Notes: generated by a model not told the origin, from the sequence alone. A stretch of 64,000 nt of DNA from Candidatus Omnitrophota bacterium (GCA_903860135.1 CAIOPG010000014.1:23180-87179), one strand, 5' to 3'; positions 29,038-39,506 are shown, counted from the stretch's first letter. Translations and numbers: made by a program.

Positions 29038-32000
29038 TCAAGGAATGGGAATGGCACACTCCACCCCCGGCATGGCCCAAGACGCGGCGGGGGCCAGGGC
29101 AACGGGGAGACCGACATGCGGGATAAAGCCCTCGATGGGAATATTTACCAGGACTGGCATCATGCCGCTGACATCAGACGGACTTCCCTGTTCTACGATG
29201 ACTATACGACGGCTGTTAAAATCAATACCACCCGGCTTTAAGGTCGCGGTCTGGTCAGCCACAGCGACTCCCGCCCCCGCCAGGATCTCGGCGGCGCGCG
29301 GCGTAACCCCGGTGGGTGTGGGTGTGGTGTGCACCCCCGCCCGGCTCCAGCTTTCACCGGGATTCCACAACCGCCCGTCAAAACTGGCGCGCATGCTCAT
29401 CGTAACCCCGATAACCTTTGCCGCCAGCATCAGGCCAAACTGCCCGAGGGTGGCGTCAACAAGGAACTGTTCCTGCGCATCACGCATTTCAGGTACATTG
29501 ACCACCACATCTTCATGACCCGCCCGGCCTTTCAGCCAGGCCAATCCGCCCAGCGCACCGGTTTTAGGAAATGTCGCCTGTTTTAAACTCATCGCCCCGT
29601 GATGCTTCACATGCACCAGCGTAAGGTTCAGAAAAATATCACCGCGCGCCACATCCGATGCATGTTCCGTGACCAAATCTTTAGCCGGATCAGCTTCATA
29701 AATAGCCGCCGGTGACGTTGAGGCCAGTCCGTTGGCAAAAAGGCGCGAGAAGAAATTTCTTTGTGTCTTGGCAATGTGCGATGGCGCAGAAACAAACAAT
29801 TTACGTGCACCGATCCGCCCATTCTTGGGAAGCCCCCGCCAGCTGGAAACGCCTTCCGAAGCAAGAAATGGAAAAATATATTTAGTGAACAACCAGTCAA
29901 GCGAGGCTGTAACACCCCATAACCCTGCGACGGTCGGCACAGCAACCATCCCGCCGCTGGCCAGCGCGATCAATCCCGCCATGGGTGCTCCGATCTTAAA
30001 AACACTCCAGACAAAAATATCGCTCATTCTGTTAACCAGAAAAGGCCTCAGAAAATTCCAGCCCAAATTATCCCCGGTCGCCCGCAACGCTTTCCCCCAG
30101 GTATCCGGATAAACACGGCCCCGTTCATCCCGTCCAACGGACTCCCGCATATCTTCGCTTATTCCATCGACGATCAAGGTTGAAAGCCTCTCCAACTGCG
30201 ATGACGGCATCGTGACTTGCAGCGGATTCCCCGGCACGGCCAGAAGGTCTTTAGCCAGTTGAAGCACCAGATGGATCTGCTGGTACAAAAGCAACTGTTC
30301 GGAAATAACCGGCGCCTCGGAAGGATAAAAATCGCCTGTCAGGAATATCCGCCGGGTGAACGGATCGTCCATGCGCAACCCCTGCCCCAGGGCCGTATTC
30401 AATACCGAATCAATACGCGCTGTCATCCCGAAAACATTCTGCGGCTCAGCCAGTTTCATCAATAGCTTGGCCGACAAATTCGACGGGAACGTCGCGCCGG
30501 ACTTGCTGATCACAAGGACTACGGTATCCTGGCCGATCTTGAAATTGTCCGGAGCTTTAATGAAATCATTGGAATCCACACTTTCCACCTCGACCCCTGC
30601 CACAAGGCCGGAAAGGACAGGCTTCAGCATATCCGCAATCGTGTATGAATTGTCATATCCGACGATCAGCAGACGTGCCTTCCCGGACAACTTTTTAACC
30701 GCCACCAGCCGTTCGGCCAGATAAGCCGTAGACTGACGGTTAAATGAGCGCGCATTCCCCCACGCCAACCGGGCCTTGTTAAGGACGACCGGAATATCTT
30801 CAAGGTCCTCTTTCACCATTTCACGGCGGTTTTTGTATTTCACCGGCGGCGGAGCATAATACGGGTTCACCGTACCAAAAACATCCTGACGGACAGGATA
30901 GACCCTCGCCGTTACCTGCTCATCGGAAAGAACACCTTCTTCTTTTCTCCAAACACCCATCATGAATTTCCCCCGCGATGTGAATCGAAGGTCCGCCACC
31001 TCTCCGTCGCGCAAATGCAATACATCTGTCAAATGTTCCCCGTTGGGGCCTTGTGTTTTTAACGCACGCGGGTCAGAAGCAAAAGCAAAAACATCCAGGT
31101 CACGGTTAAATCCGATCGCCACATCCTGCTGGTCACACAAGACTGTCACACCGTCATCCCCGACCGACGCACGGACAAATACCCCGTAAGTCCCGTCAGA
31201 ACGCAAGGCAAGTTCTCTCACGGCATGTTCCCGGTCTGCGGTAAAAAACTTACGCACCATGGTCGCTATAAAGAGACCCCGCCCCTTGTCAGCATCACCA
31301 TAAACCTCCTGCCAGCGCGTTTCCCAACGGCTGAAAATCTGCCCTGCCACGGAATTGGCTTTAATTTCCTGACGCATCCGTATCGCCAGTAATTCCTCAA
31401 ATTTATCCAGGATCAGGCGCTGAGCTCCGGCACCGGCACGCCGGGCACTTTCTTCATCGGCAAACCAGCAGTCACGCCAATACTTTTCATCCCGCCCGGG
31501 CTTATATGACGGACGGACAAGATACGCCTTGGCTTCATCAAAAACACGCTCTATCACAGTGCCGGCCAGCACTTGCTCGTCCTTATACAGAAGATCTTCC
31601 TGAAGGCCTTTCCCATCAGGATGCCCGACCATATAATGCGCATAACGCAAGGAAGAATCCCAATCCCCCTGGGTCATGAAGAATCGCGCCTCCAGCGGCA
31701 ATACCGGAGAATCGCCCGGCGGCAACCCGTACAAGGCAGATTCAATCAAAGAGAATAAAATATTATCATAACCGATAAACTGCTTTCGCCAGACATGATC
31801 CAGTCCTTTAAACCGGCAGGACACCCGATTCCCCATCACATAGCCCGCCGCCTCCAGCTCCCGCAATATCCACCTGTAGTCCACCCGCGGATAATGTTCC
31901 GGCAACAGTTCCGCAATATGCTTCTTCAGATACCGCGCTGTCACCGGCCCTTCATAACGCATATACACCGCCGCCGGAAAAAACCGCCGCATCCCGGCAA

Positions 32001-34536
32001 CATCCATGACATCACCATCAGCATTCCCCATGCGCACGCCGTTATTATCCCCGTTATGCCCGGCGACCACCTGCACCGGCAACATGGCGCTGACAAGATT
32101 GCCCTCCACGTCAAAATTATAGATCTTCTTCACTTCCATGGGGCTCTTGTGCGGGTGCGCCGCATTCTGAACGATCTCCCCGCCGGTAGCAAAACGCACA
32201 TGGGCGACAAATCCGGCCACCGCGCCGCGTCCAAAATTATAAAGAGACCTCGCCTTAAACGGGAGCCTTGCCACAGCCTTCTTCACCATCGTACCGACCA
32301 CATCAGGATAAAAAACAAAACTTCCATTCCTGAAAAAAAGACCCCTCTTGTTCTTTAACACCTTAACGCCATGCAAAACCTCAGCCTTTTTATTCGCCCT
32401 GGCAAACGTGAACATCCCCATCTGCTGTCCGCCCCGGTCTTCGAGCGTCCCTGCCATCGATTCCATCCATCCGGTAAACTTGCCACCCGTATCCCGGACC
32501 GGCTCACCTTGCGGCGTGAATTTGAGCAAGCCTAAAATGCCGCAACGCAGAATACCCTGCTCTTGCGGCGACCCTGACCCTAGCCAACTGAGCAAAAGCC
32601 CACCGATCATGGCCCCCGCCTGCCAGATGCCGCCAAGGTCTGCCGTCCAAAACCCCATAAGAAGCGCATTAAACAAATTGTTCATCGTAAATAATGATTT
32701 AATACCCTTCTTGATACCTACTGCCGGCAAGGTTCCGCCGGCGCCAGAAATAGTGCCATCCAATTGTTTCTCGGCGCGCTTTAACAAATCATCCATCGCC
32801 ATCAGCTCGGTAGCCGGCGGTTCTCCTTTAGCATCTGCCACCATCTGACGCATCGCTTCATGAAGATCAACCGTATCTAGAATCTCTGTGTGTTTAACAG
32901 GCTTAACTTCAGAAACAACATTTTTCCCCCGACGAAAAACACCCCATCCGACAGCACCTAAAGCACCCAGGACCCCGGCCGCAATCCAGGCTGTCTTATA
33001 ATCTGCCCTGCCCGGCACCCCCGACTGCCCGCCGGATAAGTCCTGCGGTATAGACGCCTTGATCAACACGGTTGTCCCTGCAGCCACATGCCTCACATCC
33101 TGACCGCCGGACACACGGCTAACCACACCATCTTTTCCCCACATAGCTCCGGCCAACGACGATTGACTGTACGCCTGCGGATCAACTTCCTTAAAAGCCA
33201 CCCGCATCTGCTCGATGGCCTGCCCGTACGTTTCACCGGCCGCCAGCTGGACCAGGGTCGATCGCCCGTCAGCCGACGGGGTAAATACAGCGGCCTCCGA
33301 TGCCTGTGGCAGGGAGGCAAGCCCGCCCAGCGCTAAAAGCACCGCCAGAACGCCTGTCTTTAAGAAACGCCGCAAACGCCCTGTTTTCCCCGGCAAGGCA
33401 GAAGCTGGTTTTGCAGGCATCAGCTCCAGCGGCGCACGGACCATATCCATTCCGACATCGATCACGGCGCTTCCGCTCGTCTCAACATAAATCCCCGGGG
33501 CTGATACCCCACTCAAAACAACCCCGCCAGAAAAATATTTCCGCGGCAACAGCCCTCCATCGACAGGGTCTTCTTCTTCACGTATATACGCGTACACCCC
33601 GTCGTGCATGGAACGGACATAGCGGTTAAATAATTTCTCGCGCCAGGCGAGCGGCACATCATCGATCCCCGCCACCTTGTTACGCCCGACATACCCCGTC
33701 CCCAATGCCCCCTGCGCCCAATGCCGCTTGTACCACGTCGCCAGGACAAGGGCGGTATACACCTGCCGGACCGGCGCGAACAATCTGTCCTCATTCACCT
33801 GCCGGCGCAATTCAGGCAGGATGATTTCACGAAAAACATCCGTATAGATCCGGGAAACACCTTCTGCGCCGGACGTCCCGGCATGACGCCATGCTTGATA
33901 ATCCGCATCGGTCAAAACATCCAGGGCGGTGTTGGTGATAAAAACGCTGTCCGCGCGTGTATACACCCCCGCTGCTGCCGGAACAATCCAAACCCTGTTG
34001 GCCATATCCATGGGCACATCACGGGTCCCGTATTTTTCATACACCCGACGATACACCTCTTTCCAGAACCGCGCCCCCAGAGGCTTTTCCGGGTACGTCA
34101 GCGTGGCCGCCGCCTGTTTGAGCCAGTAATCCTGCTCGAGCAGGACCTTGCCCATGTCCGTGGTCGCAAACACATCCGGGATGATCCTGTCTTTCTCATA
34201 CGGCGACAAATTGACCCACAAATCCTCATCAGGCACCGCCAAAGACGCCACAAAGAAACGGCTCAGCCGTGTGATCGCGTGCTGAAGGACGCTCCCCGAC
34301 AATCCGCTATCCCCTTTATCGACCAGAAGATCAAACTTAAACGGCTCTTTCGCGTAAACCCGTATCCCTTTCATCATCAATGGTTTAAATGCGGGCGACG
34401 GTGCCACCATCAACCCTGATACAGGCATATCCGCCAGCAGCTGCGCACGGGCCGACCCCGTCCCACCGATCGTGTTCAAGGCAAACGCCATCAAAACGAT
34501 CCAGCAAAGCCCCCTCAGCCGCGTAAAATATCCCAT
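29038..34536 (-). CDS. Giant (~1,830 aa) membrane protein with an embedded GlmS-like core (class-II glutamine amidotransferase-like domain plus SIS domain) and large unknown periplasmic and C-terminal domains
   Basis: Uninterrupted ORF. Start MGYFTRLRGLCW has a GGGAGG Shine-Dalgarno and encodes a signal peptide. Hydrophobic segments lie at about aa 435-450, 566-585, 665-694 and 1566-1595 (ORF numbering from 34659). aa 706-880 parallel the local glmS and purF N-termini: RCGILGLL (compare MCGIIGYVGG), HVRFATGGEIVQNAAHPH (compare HTRWATHG...SHPH), VVAGHNGDNNG (compare VVHNGIIEN). aa 1328-1420 parallel GlmS SIS1: LLIVGYDNSYTIA...VEVESVDSNDF...VVLVISKSGATFPSNL. Confidence 0.8.
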   Translation of the reverse strand: MGYFTRLRGLCWIVLMAFALNTIGGTGSARAQLLADMPVSGLMVAPSPAFKPLMMKGIRVYAKEPFKFDLLVDKGDSGLSGSVLQHAITRLSRFFVASLAVPDEDLWVNLSPYEKDRIIPDVFATTDMGKVLLEQDYWLKQAAATLTYPEKPLGARFWKEVYRRVYEKYGTRDVPMDMANRVWIVPAAAGVYTRADSVFITNTALDVLTDADYQAWRHAGTSGAEGVSRIYTDVFREIILPELRRQVNEDRLFAPVRQVYTALVLATWYKRHWAQGALGTGYVGRNKVAGIDDVPLAWREKLFNRYVRSMHDGVYAYIREEEDPVDGGLLPRKYFSGGVVLSGVSAPGIYVETSGSAVIDVGMDMVRAPLELMPAKPASALPGKTGRLRRFLKTGVLAVLLALGGLASLPQASEAAVFTPSADGRSTLVQLAAGETYGQAIEQMRVAFKEVDPQAYSQSSLAGAMWGKDGVVSRVSGGQDVRHVAAGTTVLIKASIPQDLSGGQSGVPGRADYKTAWIAAGVLGALGAVGWGVFRRGKNVVSEVKPVKHTEILDTVDLHEAMRQMVADAKGEPPATELMAMDDLLKRAEKQLDGTISGAGGTLPAVGIKKGIKSLFTMNNLFNALLMGFWTADLGGIWQAGAMIGGLLLSWLGSGSPQEQGILRCGILGLLKFTPQGEPVRDTGGKFTGWMESMAGTLEDRGGQQMGMFTFARANKKAEVLHGVKVLKNKRGLFFRNGSFVFYPDVVGTMVKKAVARLPFKARSLYNFGRGAVAGFVAHVRFATGGEIVQNAAHPHKSPMEVKKIYNFDVEGNLVSAMLPVQVVAGHNGDNNGVRMGNADGDVMDVAGMRRFFPAAVYMRYEGPVTARYLKKHIAELLPEHYPRVDYRWILRELEAAGYVMGNRVSCRFKGLDHVWRKQFIGYDNILFSLIESALYGLPPGDSPVLPLEARFFMTQGDWDSSLRYAHYMVGHPDGKGLQEDLLYKDEQVLAGTVIERVFDEAKAYLVRPSYKPGRDEKYWRDCWFADEESARRAGAGAQRLILDKFEELLAIRMRQEIKANSVAGQIFSRWETRWQEVYGDADKGRGLFIATMVRKFFTADREHAVRELALRSDGTYGVFVRASVGDDGVTVLCDQQDVAIGFNRDLDVFAFASDPRALKTQGPNGEHLTDVLHLRDGEVADLRFTSRGKFMMGVWRKEEGVLSDEQVTARVYPVRQDVFGTVNPYYAPPPVKYKNRREMVKEDLEDIPVVLNKARLAWGNARSFNRQSTAYLAERLVAVKKLSGKARLLIVGYDNSYTIADMLKPVLSGLVAGVEVESVDSNDFIKAPDNFKIGQDTVVLVISKSGATFPSNLSAKLLMKLAEPQNVFGMTARIDSVLNTALGQGLRMDDPFTRRIFLTGDFYPSEAPVISEQLLLYQQIHLVLQLAKDLLAVPGNPLQVTMPSSQLERLSTLIVDGISEDMRESVGRDERGRVYPDTWGKALRATGDNLGWNFLRPFLVNRMSDIFVWSVFKIGAPMAGLIALASGGMVAVPTVAGLWGVTASLDWLFTKYIFPFLASEGVSSWRGLPKNGRIGARKLFVSAPSHIAKTQRNFFSRLFANGLASTSPAAIYEADPAKDLVTEHASDVARGDIFLNLTLVHVKHHGAMSLKQATFPKTGALGGLAWLKGRAGHEDVVVNVPEMRDAQEQFLVDATLGQFGLMLAAKVIGVTMSMRASFDGRLWNPGESWSRAGVHTTPTPTGVTPRAAEILAGAGVAVADQTATLKPGGIDFNSRRIVIVEQGSPSDVSGMMPVLVNIPIEGFIPHVGLPVALAPAASWAMPGVECAIPIP

Positions 34537-34760
34537 CACAAACCTCCCGTAATAAAAATGCCCAACGCTTTCCTTCCGACGGAAAACGCTGGGCCTCATT
34601 GTCCAGAAAATAGAACAGCCCAATTCGCCGTTAAGGGAGAATTGGGCCTCTGCGTCCAACCTGACGCCGCATCAACAACACTGTCCATGCGGCACGTCAA
34701 GACTTCTTAAATATACCCGATGAAACTGCGCGTGTCAAGGGGGAGAGCTATTTACTAAAC

Positions 34761-35426
34761 CTACGACGGAAAACTGAGCAAAAGGACGAACTCGCCCATG
34801 GGGGCGTGGGCGGTGAAGCGGGCGTGGAGGGCGCTGGCTTTAGCTTCAAGGCGTTCTTCGAATTTTTTAGTTATCTCGCGGGTGACGACGATCACGGGGT
34901 CGCCCAGGACTTCTTCAATATCTTTCAAGGATTTTAACAGGCGGTGCGGGGATTCATAAAAAATAACCGTCCCGCCGATACGCGCGGCTTCCTCGATCTT
35001 GCGCCGACGGGCACCGGGCTTGACCGGCATGAAGCCCATGAACGCAAAACGATCCGTGGGCAAGCCGGACAATGACAAGGCGGCAATGCAGGCGCAGGCG
35101 CCGGGAATAACTGTTACCTCTACCCCGTTTTCGCGTGCTGAACGCACCAGGCGAAACCCCGGATCGCTGATCCCCGGCGTCCCGGCATCTGAAATCAGGG
35201 CGATGTTCTTGCCAGCCTTAAGCAGTTCCAGGATATACGCCACGCGTGACGTTTCATTGTGTTCGAAACAGCTGATCAACGGTGCTGTGATGCCATACTC
35301 CTTACACAAAATACCACTATGCCGCGTGTCTTCCGCCGCAATGAGATCAACGGACTTCAAGACCTCAATGGCGCGTAATGTTATATCTTTAAGATTGCCG
35401 ATAGGGGTTGAAACAATATACAACAT
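34761..35426 (-). CDS. rsmI: 16S rRNA (cytidine1402-2'-O)-methyltransferase
   Basis: MLYIVSTPIGNLKDITLRAIEVLK...AAEDTR: tetrapyrrole-methylase-fold RsmI signature. Confidence 0.9.
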   Translation of the reverse strand: MLYIVSTPIGNLKDITLRAIEVLKSVDLIAAEDTRHSGILCKEYGITAPLISCFEHNETSRVAYILELLKAGKNIALISDAGTPGISDPGFRLVRSARENGVEVTVIPGACACIAALSLSGLPTDRFAFMGFMPVKPGARRRKIEEAARIGGTVIFYESPHRLLKSLKDIEEVLGDPVIVVTREITKKFEERLEAKASALHARFTAHAPMGEFVLLLSFPS

Positions 35427-35444
35427 CAGCAGACCACCGGAGGA

Positions 35445-37277
35445 TTATTCAACAGTCACAGACTTGGCAAGGTTGCGCGGCTGATCCACGTCGCAGCCGC
35501 GGTTGACCGCAATGTAATACGCCAAAAACTGCAACGGCAGTGCCGCCAGGAGCGGTGTCAGTAATTTGTGGGTCGACGGGATCGAAATAACATGCGTGGC
35601 ATGATGCGCGATAGACTGATCGCCCTCGGTGGCAATGACAATGACCTTGCCTTTGCGCGACAGGATCTCCTGCATATTGGAGATCATCTTTTCATAAAAG
35701 TCCGACTGCGGGGCAAGGCAAACAACCGCACGATACTCGTCGATGAGCGCGATGGGACCATGTTTCATCTCGCCTGCCGCATACCCTTCAGCCGGGATAT
35801 ACGAAATTTCCTTGAGCTTCAAGGCCCCTTCGAGCGCCGAAGGATAATTGATATTGCGCCCCAGATACAGGAAACACCCAAAATGAGAGAAATCCTTGGC
35901 CACCGCCTCGATGGCCGCATGACCTTTGAGGATCTGGCGATACAAAGCCGGAATTTCCGCCAGTTCCTTAACCAGGAACGCACGACTTTTCGGCGCCAGG
36001 CTCTTGTGCGCCCAGGCGAGCTTCAGCGCCAGGATATAAAACATCATGAGCTGAGCCGTATACGCCTTGGTCGACGCCACCCCGATCTCGGGGCCTGCAT
36101 GCGTATAAAGGACACCGTCCGCTTCGCGCGCCAGCGACGACCCGATCACATTGCAGATCGCAACGATTCTGGCACCCAGAGCCTTGGCCGCACGCACCGC
36201 CGCCAGCGTATCGGCCGTTTCACCCGACTGGCTGACCGCGATAATAAGCGTCTTTTTATCAACCAGCAAAGTCCGGTAACGGAATTCGCTCGATACATCC
36301 ACCTCTACCGGGACTCGCGCCAGTTCCTCGATAATATAGCGCCCGACCAGCCCCGCATGATACGCCGTGCCGCACGCCACGATCTTGATGCGCGTCATCC
36401 CTTTAAGGACTGCATCCGAAAGCCCCAGACCCTCGAGCACCGAGGCACCGCCCTTCAGGCGCGCCTTGAGCATCTTGGCCAGCACCTCCGGCTGTTCGTG
36501 AATTTCCTTGAGCATGAAATGCGGATACCCCTGCTTCTGGGCCGCATCCATCTGGAACGTCACACGGTCAACCTTCGGCTTGCGGGCTTTCCCGTCGAAC
36601 GACATGACCTTGACACCATCGCGGCGCAAGACCGCGATCTCGCCATCCTTTAGATAAATAACATCGCGCGTATGCCGGATGATCGCCGGCACATCCGAAG
36701 CAATAAAATTTTCGCCCTTCCCCACACCAATAATCAGCGGACTACCAACACGCGCCGCCACAAGTGTCGCCGGGTCATCGGAAGACATCACGCCAATGGC
36801 AAAGGCACCTTCCAAATCCTTGATCGCCCGCTGTACCGCTTTGACAAGGTCACCGCCAAAATATTCCTGCACCAGATGGACAATAACTTCCGTATCCGTT
36901 TCAGAAAGGAATTTGTACCCCTTGCGGATGAGCGCGGCCTTGAGTGTTTGGTAATTTTCAATGATACCGTTATGGACAACGGCAATGGTGTGTTCCGCAT
37001 TAGGATGCGGATGTGAATTCTTGCGGCAAGGAGCGCCGTGCGTGGCCCAGCGGGTATGCGCGATCCCTACATGCGCTGACGGCAGAGGGTTGCCGGCAAT
37101 ATGCTCTTCCAAGCAACGGATCTTGCCCTGCTCCTTGCGGATCTCGAGCTTTCCGCCCGCCACCGGGAGAAGGCAAACACCACTCGAATCATATCCGCGA
37201 TATTCGAGGTTCTTCAACCCTTCAAGAAGGAGCGGAAGCGCCTCTTTGCCGCCGACATATCCGATGATCCCGCACAT
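35445..37277 (-). CDS. glmS: Glutamine--fructose-6-phosphate aminotransferase
   Basis: MCGIIGYVGG N-terminal nucleophile. Two SIS domains. C-terminal ...LAKSVTVE. Confidence 0.95.
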   Translation of the reverse strand: MCGIIGYVGGKEALPLLLEGLKNLEYRGYDSSGVCLLPVAGGKLEIRKEQGKIRCLEEHIAGNPLPSAHVGIAHTRWATHGAPCRKNSHPHPNAEHTIAVVHNGIIENYQTLKAALIRKGYKFLSETDTEVIVHLVQEYFGGDLVKAVQRAIKDLEGAFAIGVMSSDDPATLVAARVGSPLIIGVGKGENFIASDVPAIIRHTRDVIYLKDGEIAVLRRDGVKVMSFDGKARKPKVDRVTFQMDAAQKQGYPHFMLKEIHEQPEVLAKMLKARLKGGASVLEGLGLSDAVLKGMTRIKIVACGTAYHAGLVGRYIIEELARVPVEVDVSSEFRYRTLLVDKKTLIIAVSQSGETADTLAAVRAAKALGARIVAICNVIGSSLAREADGVLYTHAGPEIGVASTKAYTAQLMMFYILALKLAWAHKSLAPKSRAFLVKELAEIPALYRQILKGHAAIEAVAKDFSHFGCFLYLGRNINYPSALEGALKLKEISYIPAEGYAAGEMKHGPIALIDEYRAVVCLAPQSDFYEKMISNMQEILSRKGKVIVIATEGDQSIAHHATHVISIPSTHKLLTPLLAALPLQFLAYYIAVNRGCDVDQPRNLAKSVTVE

Positions 37278-37357
37278 AAAGACTCCCTGTCAACCCTCGC
37301 CTGAAGAATCTGCCTGTGGCACGCGCAGATCTTTGCCCCCGCCTTATCGCGCTACAC

Positions 37358-37621
37358 TTATGCGGCTTTGACAGCCTCAAGCGGACGGATATGAATATAG
37401 GAAGAACGCTTGCCCTGACGACTGCGCTTCTGGGTGAAGTAAACCTCGCCCTCGCACGCCGCTGAAAGATGCATACGGCCGCGCACATTAAGACCCGGCT
37501 TCCACTGATCGCCTTCACGCGTCAGAACTGTGCCTTCTTTGACCTTCTGCCCGCCTGAAACCTTCATGCCCAGTGTTTCAGCGTAAATCTTGTGGGACAA
37601 ACCCCCGACTTTACCACCCAT
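37358..37621 (-). CDS. rpmA: 50S ribosomal protein L27
   Basis: MGGKVGGLS...LGMKVSGGQKVKEGTVLTREGDQWKPGLNVG matches the L27 pattern (AHKKGGGS...LGVKRFGG...VRQRGTKFHPG.NVG). Confidence 0.8.
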   Translation of the reverse strand: MGGKVGGLSHKIYAETLGMKVSGGQKVKEGTVLTREGDQWKPGLNVRGRMHLSAACEGEVYFTQKRSRQGKRSSYIHIRPLEAVKAA

Positions 37622-37752
37622 GATAACCAGCCTCGTTAATGATTGATCTGACTTGCCTGCACATTTTCCTAAGAACACATCAACTGCATAGAAAATGAAG
37701 ACAAAAATATACTACATTTTTCATCTTTCGCAAAGGAATTTCTTTAAGCGCC

Positions 37753-38574
37753 CTACTTTTTCAACAATGGCTCTATGGCTGACTTCCATCCGGTCAGATC
37801 ACGCACCCGGACTTTCTTGCCATTCAGGAAATACGTAGGGGTACCGCGCACATCCGCCTTCTTGGCTTCTTCCATATCTGCCGCGATCTTCTTTTCAAAC
37901 ACAGCATCCTGATCTTTCAGATCCTTTAAGAACTGATCCACCTTAAGCCCCGCCTTAACCGCAAGCTCCTTATATTTAGCATCGCTTAACTCTTTGGAAT
38001 TCTCCATCAACAACGCGACCATGGGATAATATTTACCCTGCAACCCGGCCGCAAGCGCCGCCTTGGCCGCCGGGCGCGCATGCTGATGGAAAGGCAAAGG
38101 ATAATTTTTCAATACCACTTTCACATCTTTGGGAAACGCCTTGATGACTTCCTGCAATACCGGATGAAACACGGCGCAATACGGGCACTGAAAATCCGAG
38201 AACTCGACGATCGTAACCGGCGCATCAGGATTGCCGTTGACATACGAATCCCCCACCGGAATGTCATAAACACGGTCAAAGTCTTCCTGCGGTTCCGACG
38301 GTACTGCCGATGAGGGACGGTTCTTTAACAACTTGATTTCCGTCTCAAGCGCCGTCATGCGCGTCAGTATGGCCGTCAAATTCCCGGCATTCTCTGTCGT
38401 CGCCTTGTTCATATCCTTCTGCGTCTGCGCCAGCTCTCTAACCGCCGCCACCATGGGTTGCATGGCTGTCCCGACCGACAGCGTCACACAAAAAATAATA
38501 GTCGCCACAAACAAAAGCCCCATCAACACCATCGCCGTAAACCTGACCGTTTTATTACCGCATTCCATACACAC
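37753..38574 (-). CDS. DsbA-family thiol:disulfide oxidoreductase (membrane-anchored)
   Basis: N-terminal TM, coiled-coil region, then a thioredoxin fold with a CPYC active site. Confidence 0.75.
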   Translation of the reverse strand: MCMECGNKTVRFTAMVLMGLLFVATIIFCVTLSVGTAMQPMVAAVRELAQTQKDMNKATTENAGNLTAILTRMTALETEIKLLKNRPSSAVPSEPQEDFDRVYDIPVGDSYVNGNPDAPVTIVEFSDFQCPYCAVFHPVLQEVIKAFPKDVKVVLKNYPLPFHQHARPAAKAALAAGLQGKYYPMVALLMENSKELSDAKYKELAVKAGLKVDQFLKDLKDQDAVFEKKIAADMEEAKKADVRGTPTYFLNGKKVRVRDLTGWKSAIEPLLKK

Positions 38575-38645
38575 CCCCTGATTGTTTCTTCAATAATATA
38601 AAACAGCCTACCGCGCGCGTCCTGCCTGCGCAAGTATTTTCCTGC

Positions 38646-39506
38646 TTAAAGATCGACCCCGCCATAATGCTCAATGAGGAACTTAATGTCATCCCAGCGC
38701 TTCTGACAACCAAAAACAGCTATGACATATTCTTTGCCTTGTCGCTCGAAATAACCCACAAAGCATGACTGCGCCGCCCGCGTATAACCTGTCTTGCCGC
38801 AAACATCCTTTTTCCACCCCTTGAACAAACACTTGTTGTGCGAACGTAAAAGAGCGACCTTGCCTTTCTGCGAAATAATCTTCTTATACCGATGCTGAAT
38901 GACCTCGCGGAAGAAGGGCTTCTGCATGGCCTCGCGAAAGATCAGCGCCATATCTTGCGCCGTGGAATATTGCGGGTCATCACCGGGAAGGCCGTGCGGA
39001 TTGGCAAAAAGAGTAGCCTTTGCACCGATCTGCGCCGCCCGGGCGTTCATCATCACCACAAACTGCTCCACGGACCCAGCTGTCGCTTCGGCCAGTGCCG
39101 TGGTGGCATCATTGGCAGAGTTTAATAATGACGCGTACAAAAGATCCCGCACACGGTAGCTGTCACCTGCCTCGGCGGAGATCTTGCTGGGCAGTTCCGC
39201 CGCCGCTCGGGGGCTTATCGTCACAACATCATCCAGACCGAGTTTTTCAAGGACCAGGATCGCCGTCAAGACTTTTGTTGTGCTCGCCGGCAGGATCTTG
39301 CGGGCGATATCACCGGCATAAACCATGCGCCCAGCGGTCATCTCCATCACCAGCGCCGCCTTGGCCGAAACCCTGTAAGAGCCGGAGGGTGCTTTTTTCT
39401 GTGCCTGTTTATGTTTATGCGTATGCCGCCGTGCCTCGGCATCGGCACCACCTACAGTAACCACCAGAAAGACAGCCGCGACCACAGAAAAGAATACCCG
39501 GCGCAT
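38646..39506 (-). CDS. D-alanyl-D-alanine carboxypeptidase (S11 / PBP5-like)
   Basis: Signal peptide. SxxK (ASTTK), SxN-like (LNSAND) and KTG (GKTGYT) motifs. Confidence 0.8.
   Translation of the reverse strand: MRRVFFSVVAAVFLVVTVGGADAEARRHTHKHKQAQKKAPSGSYRVSAKAALVMEMTAGRMVYAGDIARKILPASTTKVLTAILVLEKLGLDDVVTISPRAAAELPSKISAEAGDSYRVRDLLYASLLNSANDATTALAEATAGSVEQFVVMMNARAAQIGAKATLFANPHGLPGDDPQYSTAQDMALIFREAMQKPFFREVIQHRYKKIISQKGKVALLRSHNKCLFKGWKKDVCGKTGYTRAAQSCFVGYFERQGKEYVIAVFGCQKRWDDIKFLIEHYGGVDL

Noticed and set aside
35568-36653. 361-aa plus-strand ORF antisense to glmS
   Set aside because: Shadow ORF inside a strongly supported gene. The translation is low-complexity and Arg-rich.
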